A DNA stretch of 64,000 nucleotides, taken from positions 14,860-78,859 of the forward strand of contig JANNSO010000031.1 of the NCBI GenBank assembly GCA_031402655.1, written 5' to 3'. The notes beneath the pieces are model-generated. The model saw nothing but the letters and a program-made list of their open reading frames with translations. It made no database searches and was not told the DNA's origin. Position numbers and translations under genes: made by a program. The stretch comes from Spirochaetota bacterium (GTDB lineage Bacteria > Spirochaetota > Spirochaetia > Treponematales > UBA12059). Numbering within the stretch: the first letter of the stretch is position 1; every line of letters starts with the position of its first letter. Below are positions 35,283 to 42,865 of this stretch, in pieces.

Positions 35283-35978
35283 TCAGGGAAGTTGTTTTTT
35301 TATAAAAAAAAGCTCGCGGATGGCCCTGCCCTGCTCGATGGCCCGGGCTTCGAATTTTGTCGTCGGGCGCCAGCTCTCGCGCCCAGCCCATTTTTCGAAG
35401 CGGTTTTGCAGTGTGGTTTCCGCCTCGAGCAGAGCTTTTACCTCGTCCGCGTATTCTTCCCAGTCGCTTACGAAATAAATATATCCGCCTGGTTCCAGCC
35501 GCGAGGAGATCATTTTTACGAAAGACGGATTCATGATGCGGCGCTTGTGGTGCTTTTTCTTGGGCCATGGATCGGGGAAGAATATATGGAAGCCGCGCAC
35601 GGTGCCTATCTCCAGCATGCTGTCTATTACCTCGACGGCGTCGTGGCGGCATACCCGCACGTTTTGGAGCTTTTGTTCCTCTATGAGCGATAAAAGCTTG
35701 CCTATGCCCGGTGCATGCACCTCGAGGCACAGGAAACAGGTTTCTGCCAGGGTTTTGGCGATTTGGGCGCTTGCGATGCCCATGCCGAATCCTACCTCGA
35801 TTACCAGCGGAGCCTGTCTTCCGAACAGCGAGCTGCAATCGATTTTGCCGCCTGGATTCCAGTCCACGCCGTATTTCGGGTAAAGCCCGCTGATGGCCTC
35901 TTTGTGCAGGTCGGTAAGCCTGCCCGACCGTATGGCATAGCTCCGTATGGAATCTCGCGTCGTCAGCGCCGTCTCCAT
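35283..35978 (-). CDS. trmB: tRNA (guanine-N7)-methyltransferase
   Basis: IEVGFGMG.. (SAM motif) and FFPDPWPKKKHHKRR are hallmarks of TrmB. Confidence 0.9.
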   Translation of the reverse strand: METALTTRDSIRSYAIRSGRLTDLHKEAISGLYPKYGVDWNPGGKIDCSSLFGRQAPLVIEVGFGMGIASAQIAKTLAETCFLCLEVHAPGIGKLLSLIEEQKLQNVRVCRHDAVEVIDSMLEIGTVRGFHIFFPDPWPKKKHHKRRIMNPSFVKMISSRLEPGGYIYFVSDWEEYADEVKALLEAETTLQNRFEKWAGRESWRPTTKFEARAIEQGRAIRELFFIKKQLP

Positions 35979-35998
35979 GGGATCGGCGCCGGTTATCT

Positions 35999-36691
35999 CT
36001 AATTGCTTAATTTTATTTTCCGCGAAAAAAATCCCGTCTCCGAAGGTATGTCGAAGGAATACAGGGCTATATAGTAGGCTTTCGACCGCCAGTCCCCGCT
36101 GCCCCAGAGTTCGTCCAGCCTGCGGAGTCCCGGAGTAACGCTTACCGTTTTTACCACGTTGTTCCCCGCGTCGAAAAAAAAGGCCGTATTCGTCTTGTAA
36201 GAGCTGGAAAAGGCCGCGGAAAGGGAACCTGAAATGGAAACTTCCGGAATTTTATATAACTTCGTCTCCGGGGCGCTCAGGATAAAGGTCCGTTCTGCGC
36301 GCTCTCCGGCCCTGTCTACAATAAGAATGCGGTAGGATCCGCGGGGCAGGGTAGAAAGCGGTCCTTCCAGCCCGTTGGCTCCAACCCACAAGCCGCCGGA
36401 TTCTTCCTTGAACACCCAGTTATCCGGGTTCAGATGCCAGTAGAGCTCGGACTCGTCGTGTATGATATACATGTCCGCGATGTCTTCCCTGCCGTCGCTA
36501 TCGCTTACCGACGCGAATACCGTAATCCGTTCCGAGCGGCCGCCGTTTGCGTCGCTTGCATAGACGATGAGGCGGCTGTTTATCGCCCCTACCTGCGGAA
36601 TATTTGCGCTGCATGTCCACAGCACAGTCAGGCTTGCACCGAGCAGCACTGCTAGTATCGATCTGCGATTCGCCGGTGAGCATTTTTCCAT
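35999..36691 (-). CDS. Hypothetical lipoprotein/secreted protein
   Basis: The signal sequence has ..LTVLWTCS. No family recognised. Confidence 0.5.
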   Translation of the reverse strand: MEKCSPANRRSILAVLLGASLTVLWTCSANIPQVGAINSRLIVYASDANGGRSERITVFASVSDSDGREDIADMYIIHDESELYWHLNPDNWVFKEESGGLWVGANGLEGPLSTLPRGSYRILIVDRAGERAERTFILSAPETKLYKIPEVSISGSLSAAFSSSYKTNTAFFFDAGNNVVKTVSVTPGLRRLDELWGSGDWRSKAYYIALYSFDIPSETGFFSRKIKLSN

Positions 36692-36692
36692 C

Positions 36693-37997
36693 TCAGGAGC
36701 CGGCCCTTATTTTTTCGGCGATTCCCTCGAGTGAAGGGTACTCGGCGCTTTCGCGAGTGCGGAGGTTTTTCAGTACCCAGACGCCGCGCGCTTTTTCGTC
36801 ACCGCCGCGTACAATGGCCCATGAGAGGTCCTTTTTTTCCGCGTAAGCGAATTGCTGGCCCAACTTTTTTTTGTCGGCGAATACTTCGCAGGCTATGCCT
36901 TGTGCCCTGAGCGCTGCTGCGGCCGCCTGGTATTCGGCACCAAGGCTTTCTTCCACTTGAATGACGATGGTCTTGCAGTAGCCGTGTATCGGTACCGGCC
37001 GATTTATCGCCTCAAGCGCGGCGAGGAGGCGGTCCAGGCCAACGGATGCGCCTACGCCGGCCAGTTTTTGCGTCGTGTACAGCGACGCAAGGTCGTTGTA
37101 GCGGCCGCCCGAGCACACCGAGCCTATTTCGGGGATGGCGTCCAGGAATGTTTCGAACACCATTCCCGTGTAATAGTCCAGGCCCCTCGTTATGTACGGC
37201 GCCAGGATAATCTGCCCTTCGATGCCGCATGCCCTGGCCATTTCCCGGATGTCGTATAGGCGTTGCGTATCCGGATTCTCGCCTCCCGAAAGCCGGCTTA
37301 TGCGCGCGAGCGTTGCATCAAAATCATCGCCTGCGCCTATGTATTCCATTATTTCATCGACGGATTTTTCGCCTGCCGCGGCCGCGATCTGCCTACGTGT
37401 TTCGTCTACGCCGATTTTGGCGAGCTTGTCCACGATGCGCAGCAGTTCCACCGCTTTATCGGAGAGTCCGAGCCGTTCCAGGAAGCGGTTGAATACGCCG
37501 CGGTTGTTTATGTGAATCTTGGAGTCGCTTACGCCCAGGGCTACCATCGCGCTGCGGATTACGGAGATTATCTCGAAGTCGGCCGCCGCGGTGTCCGCTC
37601 CGACTATATCGAAGTCGGCCTGGACGAACTCGCGGTAGCGGCCGCGTTGGGTGTTCTCGCCGCGCCAGACCTTGGCGATGTGGTAGCGCTTGAACGGCAG
37701 GTACAGCTGCCCGACGTGTTCCGCCATGAAGCGCGCGAAGGGTACGGTAAGGTCGAAGCGCATGGCCACGTCGCGGTCGCCTGAGTCCTTGAAGCGGTAC
37801 ACCTGTTTCTCCGTTTCGCCGCCCGCCTTGCCCAGGAGTATCTCCGCGTATTCCAGAATCGGCGTGTCTATGGGAACGAAACCGTAGGATTTAAACGAAT
37901 GCGTCAGCGTTTCGGTAAGGCCGGCCCGTTGCATTTCCATCTCGGGCAAAAAATCCCTGAAACCTTTAAGGACGCGCGGCTGAATGATATCGCTCAT
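36693..37997 (-). CDS. hisS: Histidine--tRNA ligase
   Basis: Class IIa motifs are present (..VLKGFRDFLP.., RGRYREFVQADFDIVG, GGRYD). The start is at the ATG giving MSDIIQPRVLKG. The track ORF is longer. Confidence 0.95.
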   Translation of the reverse strand: MSDIIQPRVLKGFRDFLPEMEMQRAGLTETLTHSFKSYGFVPIDTPILEYAEILLGKAGGETEKQVYRFKDSGDRDVAMRFDLTVPFARFMAEHVGQLYLPFKRYHIAKVWRGENTQRGRYREFVQADFDIVGADTAAADFEIISVIRSAMVALGVSDSKIHINNRGVFNRFLERLGLSDKAVELLRIVDKLAKIGVDETRRQIAAAAGEKSVDEIMEYIGAGDDFDATLARISRLSGGENPDTQRLYDIREMARACGIEGQIILAPYITRGLDYYTGMVFETFLDAIPEIGSVCSGGRYNDLASLYTTQKLAGVGASVGLDRLLAALEAINRPVPIHGYCKTIVIQVEESLGAEYQAAAAALRAQGIACEVFADKKKLGQQFAYAEKKDLSWAIVRGGDEKARGVWVLKNLRTRESAEYPSLEGIAEKIRAGS

Positions 37998-38127
37998 GAA
38001 TTCTCCTCGACTATGGCTCTCAGTATTGCCCATGCGGGGCAGGTAGGGCAAGATGGCCCCGCCAAATTCCGTTGTGGCATATTCCGTTCCTTGACACTCA
38101 GGCGCTCTTGGGTCGATAGTTACGACC

Positions 38128-38889
38128 ATGTTATTAGTAATCGATGCCGGAAATACCAATATTGTCGGTGGGGTTTATCAGGATGGAAAACTCCTGGATA
38201 CCCTGCGCATACGTACCGTGGCGGGCAAGACCGAGGACGAGTACGGCGTTATCGTGCGGGCAATCCTCGCGGACCGCGGCCGCGAACTGTGCGATATCAA
38301 GCGTGTCATCATCAGCTCCGTCGTGCCGCAGCTCACCGCGGCCATGGACAAGATGGCCAAACACCTGTTCGCCCTTGAGCCTTTGATTCTGGGAGCCGCC
38401 ATATACAAGCGCCTGCCTGTGCATGTCATAGCCGCGGACGAAATAGGGTCGGACCTCGTAGCCGACGCTCTTGCCGCATGGGAATTGTTTCACGGCGCGT
38501 GCCTGGTAGTGGATTTCGGCACCGCCCTTACCTTTACCGCCGTGGACGGAACCGGCACCATTTGCGGCGTTTCAATCGCCCCCGGGCTCGGGACTGCAGC
38601 CGCTTCCCTCGCCTCCGCGACGGCACAGCTGCCTACCGTTCCGCTTGAAGCACCTGTTTCGGCCATGGGCAAAAATACCGTGCAGGCGATTCAGGCGGGC
38701 GTAGTGCTGGGTTATACGGGCCTGGTTGAATATATGGTAAAGCGGATAAGTTCCGAGCTGTGCGGCGCAAAGGTTGTGGCTACCGGCGGACTCTGCCGGG
38801 TCATTACGGGCTTGACCACGGTTTTCGACCTCGTAGAACCCGACCTTACGCTTAACGGCTTGGCGCTTATGGAACAATACCTTTACTAG
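38128..38889 (+). CDS. coaX: Type III pantothenate kinase
   Basis: MLLVIDAGNTNIV.. and ..VVDFGTALTF.. are ASKHA-fold phosphate motifs typical of CoaX. Confidence 0.9.
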   Translation: MLLVIDAGNTNIVGGVYQDGKLLDTLRIRTVAGKTEDEYGVIVRAILADRGRELCDIKRVIISSVVPQLTAAMDKMAKHLFALEPLILGAAIYKRLPVHVIAADEIGSDLVADALAAWELFHGACLVVDFGTALTFTAVDGTGTICGVSIAPGLGTAAASLASATAQLPTVPLEAPVSAMGKNTVQAIQAGVVLGYTGLVEYMVKRISSELCGAKVVATGGLCRVITGLTTVFDLVEPDLTLNGLALMEQYLY

Positions 38890-38966
38890 CAGGCTGTTGA
38901 AAAAGCTTGTTGCCTTGTCAACAGCCTTCAACATTCCTCGCATTTGATTACAAATGCTACGGTAAT

Positions 38967-39018
38967 GTTACATTTTGGAAGTGTTGAAAATCCTCATCCG
39001 AGGATTTTCAACACCCTG
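38967..39018 (+). repeat. Dispersed palindromic repeat, family A, copy 2
   Basis: Same ~50-bp sequence as 30835-30886. The hairpin gtgttgaaaatcctc-atcc-gaggattttcaacac at 38981-39014 has a perfect 15-bp stem. Confidence 0.75.
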
Positions 39019-39048
39019 CTAGTTGTCAGCATTTTATGGAAGGCATAG

Positions 39049-39160
39049 GGCACCTATATTAACCCTATGGTTATCAGAGGTGCCTCGCTGATTCCTTACA
39101 GGAATCAGGTTTTTTAATGGTCAACCTCGCAAAACTGAAGTTTTTCGAGGTTCCCTATAG
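39049..39160 (+). repeat. Dispersed structured repeat, family B, copy 2
   Basis: Reverse complement of 10293-10406 with few mismatches. It contains three hairpins, one of them a terminator. Confidence 0.75.
39088..39115 (+). terminator. Rho-independent terminator-like hairpin inside repeat B2
   Basis: ctgattcc-ttaca-ggaatcag followed by g+tttttt, downstream of coaX. Confidence 0.5.
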
Positions 39161-39169
39161 TAAATTTAA

Positions 39170-39195
39170 CACGGAGACACGGAGGACACGGAGAA
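39170..39195 (+). repeat. Short tandem repeat CACGGAG(A/GA/AA) x3, with inverted partial copies at 39339-39353
   Basis: cacggaga cacggagga cacggagaa was read directly. ctccgt aa ctccgtg lies 143 bp downstream, bracketing an AT-rich stretch. Confidence 0.8.
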
Positions 39196-39380
39196 GATTT
39201 GTAAAGTCAATATAAGAATGAAGGATTAAAGTTTTCAACCGGAACAGGAAAAGTCGTCGAAATATCGAGGGTATTCTTTAAAAACCTTATTTTTTTTGCA
39301 ATTGCTTCATTTTCTTTCTTTATGATCTCTTCGGCTTTCTCCGTAACTCCGTGCTGGCATTTTTTATACTACAAAGGAAA

Positions 39381-39788
39381 CTATAGTTGAGCGCCGCAGT
39401 TGAAGCATTCCCCTCGGTAGCTGGAGTTTTCCGACTGGCATTTTGAGCACTTGACGATGAGCAGTCCGCTTGGGGTCGGCTTGCGGTCTACGAAGGGTTC
39501 AGGCTCGGTTCGTGTTTCTTCGATCTGCATCTGCGGCTCGGATACCCCCAGGCTTTGCGTCTGCGCGCTTAGGCTGCTTCCTGCCGCCGTTCCTGGCTGA
39601 GTGGGTCCCAGGTTTACGTTGATAGTCTGCCCGGCGGCAGTCGCCTCGGGCGCTTCTCGCTCCTTGAGCATGAGCGTAAGCACCCGCGAAAGCTCCCGCG
39701 TAATTATATATAACTCGGCGGCGATGAAAAGGAGGGCGGCAATAAGCACGATTTCGAAGATAGGCGTCATACCAGCGATTATCGGCAA
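39381..39788 (-). CDS. Small membrane protein with C-terminal zinc ribbon
   Basis: The N-terminal TM is PIFEIVLIAALLFIAAELYII. A low-complexity linker follows. The C-terminus is CSKCQSENSSYRGECFNCGAQL (CxxC...CxxC). Confidence 0.55.
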   Translation of the reverse strand: MPIIAGMTPIFEIVLIAALLFIAAELYIITRELSRVLTLMLKEREAPEATAAGQTINVNLGPTQPGTAAGSSLSAQTQSLGVSEPQMQIEETRTEPEPFVDRKPTPSGLLIVKCSKCQSENSSYRGECFNCGAQL

Positions 39789-39794
39789 TTTTTT

Positions 39795-40673
39795 TTATTT
39801 TACAAGAGAAAAACGCCGCGCAAAACCGCAGGTTCTGCAAAGATCCTCCACCAGTTTGCGCCTGGAAAATCCCTGGTACATCGCCGCGGCGCGCTGCCCG
39901 CCCAGAATCTCGTCGAAGGGCTGCCGGTAAATATTGCCCAGGGATATGTCCCCTTCGGCATCGAGGCAGCAGGGAACAACCGTGCCGTCGAGCAGGATCG
40001 CCGCCTGGTGGCGAAGGGCGCGGCAGAAGCCATCCGAATGAGCGTGCGCCTTTTTTATGTCCGGCCACTCGAAGCGATGCGCCGGAACGAGGCTGACGGC
40101 CTCCCCAAGGATTATCCCCTCCTGCCTTTCGATGCAATCCAGTATCGTGTTTTTGCTGGTTCCGTAAAAGTCGCGCAGCGAGCCGAAAAACCACTCCGGA
40201 TACTGGAAGTCCATTGGATTCCACAGGCGCAGCTGCACCTGCGGGGCCGTGCCGCAAACAGCTCGAAGCTTAAGCAATTCGCGCACGCCCGAAAGCGTTT
40301 CCAAAAGGCTGGCATGCCGAAGTTCCTCGCCCAGGCTTTCGAGGCTTTGCAAAGATATATTAACTTTTTTTAAAGATCCCCGGCCGGTCAGCGCGCCGAT
40401 TCTTTTTTGCAGCAAGGTTCCGTTCGTCGTCAGAAAAACGTTGAATCCCGCGGTTCCCGCCATCTCCAGGAAGGTGCCCAGGTCCGGGTGCAGCAGCGGT
40501 TCGCCTTTTACGTGGAAATACAGGGTTTCGGCCTTGCCAGATATTTTCTTGAGTACTGCCCCGAAATTTTCCTTCGTGAGGAAGCCTTTTTCTTTTTTGC
40601 CCTGCGGGCAGAAGGGGCAGGATAGATTGCATACGTTTGTGATTTCCAGGTAGATGAAGTCAAGCTTTTTCAT
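39795..40673 (-). CDS. Radical SAM enzyme with C-terminal SPASM/twitch-like Cys-rich domain
   Basis: The CNLSCPFC (Cx3Cx2C) motif sits at the N-terminus. The C-terminal segment is VPCCLDAEGDISLGNI...CRTCGF. The gene lies 6 nt upstream of the zinc-ribbon gene. Confidence 0.85.
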   Translation of the reverse strand: MKKLDFIYLEITNVCNLSCPFCPQGKKEKGFLTKENFGAVLKKISGKAETLYFHVKGEPLLHPDLGTFLEMAGTAGFNVFLTTNGTLLQKRIGALTGRGSLKKVNISLQSLESLGEELRHASLLETLSGVRELLKLRAVCGTAPQVQLRLWNPMDFQYPEWFFGSLRDFYGTSKNTILDCIERQEGIILGEAVSLVPAHRFEWPDIKKAHAHSDGFCRALRHQAAILLDGTVVPCCLDAEGDISLGNIYRQPFDEILGGQRAAAMYQGFSRRKLVEDLCRTCGFARRFSLVK

Positions 40674-40737
40674 GATTATCCCTCTGCATGGGCTGATAGT
40701 AGCCTAGTTTGTCCGTTTGAAAAAGTATCGCATTTGC

Positions 40738-40766
40738 TTGCATACCTGAAAATATTCGCTTAGAAT
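40738..40766 (+). promoter_or_regulatory. Candidate sigma70-type promoter (TTGCAT-N17-TAGAAT) for the MCP gene
   Basis: The sequence is ttgcat acctgaaaatattcgct tagaat, about 80 nt upstream of the ATG at 40846. Confidence 0.35.
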
Positions 40767-40845
40767 TGCTTATCGGAACCTAACTGTACGCGGCTAAATA
40801 GAAAGAAGGCGCTTGCGGGTAGTCCCTAAAACGAGGATGTATATA

Positions 40846-42753
40846 ATGAAGGCATCGGCACTTTCACGCAGGATTACCTGGTATTCGTTTGTCTCATATT
40901 TTTGCGTCCAGATAGGCGCAACCCTGTTAAGCGAGATTTTTTCGCAGTTGTACAATCCAACCAAGGACCTGAGCATTGCCGGTCGCTTGCTGTTTGCCCT
41001 GAATTATAAGATATATCTGTTTGCCGCGTTGTTTACCGTTCTTGCCGGTTTTTTGTTCAAGATTTACCTTAAACCGCTTTGGGTAGCCCTGGCCATTCCA
41101 GAAGACCAGCGCGACGAGAAGCATCTGGCCAAAGCCCGCATGGTTGCGGTTAGGCTTCCCTGGACTCTTATTATTTACAACAGCATCATGTGGACTTTCG
41201 CCGTTTCGCTGTTTTTTTTCATAAACGGCAAAAAGATGCCTTCCGGGCTGCCTTTTACATGGGCTCTTGCGAACAAGCTCTCCGTTTCCCTTGCAGGCTC
41301 GCTGATCAACGCATTTTTAATCGATTCGTTCCTCAAGACTCCCAAGCGTCTTTTAAACATCTCCGTGCTGCATAAAAAAGAGACGGATCATTTTATAGAG
41401 CTTAAATCGATAATAATACCGCTTGTGGCAGGCATCATTATAATAAGTTCGGTCGCGTATATCAGCTGGTTTTTCCTGGTTAAACCCGACGGACTCGCCG
41501 GACCGGCCTCTCCTGTTTTGGCCGTTTTTATTATCGGTGCAATAATTCTATGCGTCGTTTTTTCCATCTCATGGCTTTCCAAAAATCAGGACAATATCCA
41601 GTTCGAGCTTTTAAACGAGCAGATAAACCAGCTTTCCTCAAGCGATCACGCCGACCTCAAGAAAAAAGTGGCCATTTTGAATTTTGACCAGACCGGCAAG
41701 ATTACCGAAAGCCTGAATGCGTACATTAAAGTGCTGCACAAGATGATAAGCGGCATCCGAACCGGTTATGATTCGCTCATAGAAAACGATAACGGCCTTT
41801 CCGCCAGCATGTTCGAGGCCCAGGAAAAGCTTGGCGACATCAATGTATCGGTGCAAAAAGCGAATACGGAAATGGTAAAGCAGGGACTGGCGATATCCGA
41901 TTCCTCCAATGCCGTGCTTCAGATATCGCAGCGGGTTCAGGAACTGCACGCCGCGGTTAGCCAGCAGTCTTCAAGCGTCAGCAACTCCAGCGCCGGCATC
42001 GACGAGATGATAGCCAATATCGGGTCGGTTACCGCAAACGTGCTGAGGATTAACGAAACCTGCGAGAGCTTGCTGAATGCCGCAAACCAGGGCAAGACCA
42101 AGATTGCCGATTCCAACGGGCTCATCGCCAACGTCGTAAAAACCTCGGCAGGGCTTGTGGACGCCAACAAAATGATAGCGGCCATAGCCTCGAAAACAAA
42201 CCTGTTGGCCATGAACGCCGCCATCGAAGCCGCGCACGCGGGCGATGCCGGCGCAGGCTTTGCGGTTGTCGCGGATGAAATCAGGTCGCTTGCCGACGCG
42301 AGCGCAAAGCAGTCCACCATAGTAAACGCGCAACTGAAGGAGGTAAGGCTCTCCATAGACAAGGCCGTGCTCTCGTCCAATGCGGCCTCCGTAGGCTTTG
42401 ACGAGGTGCTTGGGCTCATCACCACGGTAACGGCAATGGAACAGGAGAATTCCCTGGCCATGAAGGAACAGCGCCTGGGTTCCGACCAGGTTGCCGAAAC
42501 CTTATCCCAGATGCAAAAAACCACCGAAGTAGTGCATTTGGCCGGAAATGTATTGTCTACGGAATCCGCGGGCCTGGACAATGCCGTAAAACGCCTACTG
42601 GAATGTTCGAAGCAAGTACAAAAAGAGATGGACGAGATAATAAACAATACGGCAGGCATGACGGCGACGTTTACGGAAGTATCTGCCCTCAAGGCAAATA
42701 ATAGCGAAGTATTCAAGGAAGTTTCCGATCAGGTAGGCCGATTTATAGTGTAA
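40846..42753 (+). CDS. Methyl-accepting chemotaxis protein with multi-TM N-terminal module
   Basis: The conserved signalling hairpin is KTNLLAMNAAIEAAHAGDAGAGFAVVADEIRSLA. The N-terminal 250 aa carry about 6 hydrophobic segments and no obvious periplasmic domain. The start is at the ATG at 40846, with AGGA 8 nt upstream. Confidence 0.9.
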   Translation: MKASALSRRITWYSFVSYFCVQIGATLLSEIFSQLYNPTKDLSIAGRLLFALNYKIYLFAALFTVLAGFLFKIYLKPLWVALAIPEDQRDEKHLAKARMVAVRLPWTLIIYNSIMWTFAVSLFFFINGKKMPSGLPFTWALANKLSVSLAGSLINAFLIDSFLKTPKRLLNISVLHKKETDHFIELKSIIIPLVAGIIIISSVAYISWFFLVKPDGLAGPASPVLAVFIIGAIILCVVFSISWLSKNQDNIQFELLNEQINQLSSSDHADLKKKVAILNFDQTGKITESLNAYIKVLHKMISGIRTGYDSLIENDNGLSASMFEAQEKLGDINVSVQKANTEMVKQGLAISDSSNAVLQISQRVQELHAAVSQQSSSVSNSSAGIDEMIANIGSVTANVLRINETCESLLNAANQGKTKIADSNGLIANVVKTSAGLVDANKMIAAIASKTNLLAMNAAIEAAHAGDAGAGFAVVADEIRSLADASAKQSTIVNAQLKEVRLSIDKAVLSSNAASVGFDEVLGLITTVTAMEQENSLAMKEQRLGSDQVAETLSQMQKTTEVVHLAGNVLSTESAGLDNAVKRLLECSKQVQKEMDEIINNTAGMTATFTEVSALKANNSEVFKEVSDQVGRFIV

Positions 42754-42865
42754 ATCGTAAAAATCTCCATTTTAGCCATACTTTTCCTTTAAATTTCTCT
42801 TTGTTTGCGTTATCATTGATACTGAACATTACAAAACTCTTGCAACTATTTTCGGGAGGGTTCGT

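Noticed and set aside
35203-35838. 211-aa minus-strand ORF overlapping trmB in another frame
   Set aside because: It is extremely Arg/Gly/Pro-rich. The trmB frame carries the diagnostic FPDPWPKKKHHKRR motif.
39170-39195. Possible CRISPR or microsatellite (CACGGAG x3)
   Set aside because: There are only three 8-9-bp units with no spacers and no cas genes, so this is far too short for a CRISPR array. It is kept only as a short tandem repeat.
39499-40257. 252-aa minus-strand ORF overlapping the radical SAM and zinc-ribbon genes in another frame
   Set aside because: It is an Arg/Gly/Pro/Ala-rich alternative frame. The radical SAM frame carries the Cx3Cx2C and SPASM-like motifs, so it is the real one.
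41937-42716. 259-aa minus-strand ORF
   Set aside because: It is antisense to the MCP signalling domain. Its Ser/Ala/Thr-rich composition mirrors the Ala/Ser-rich MCP codons.
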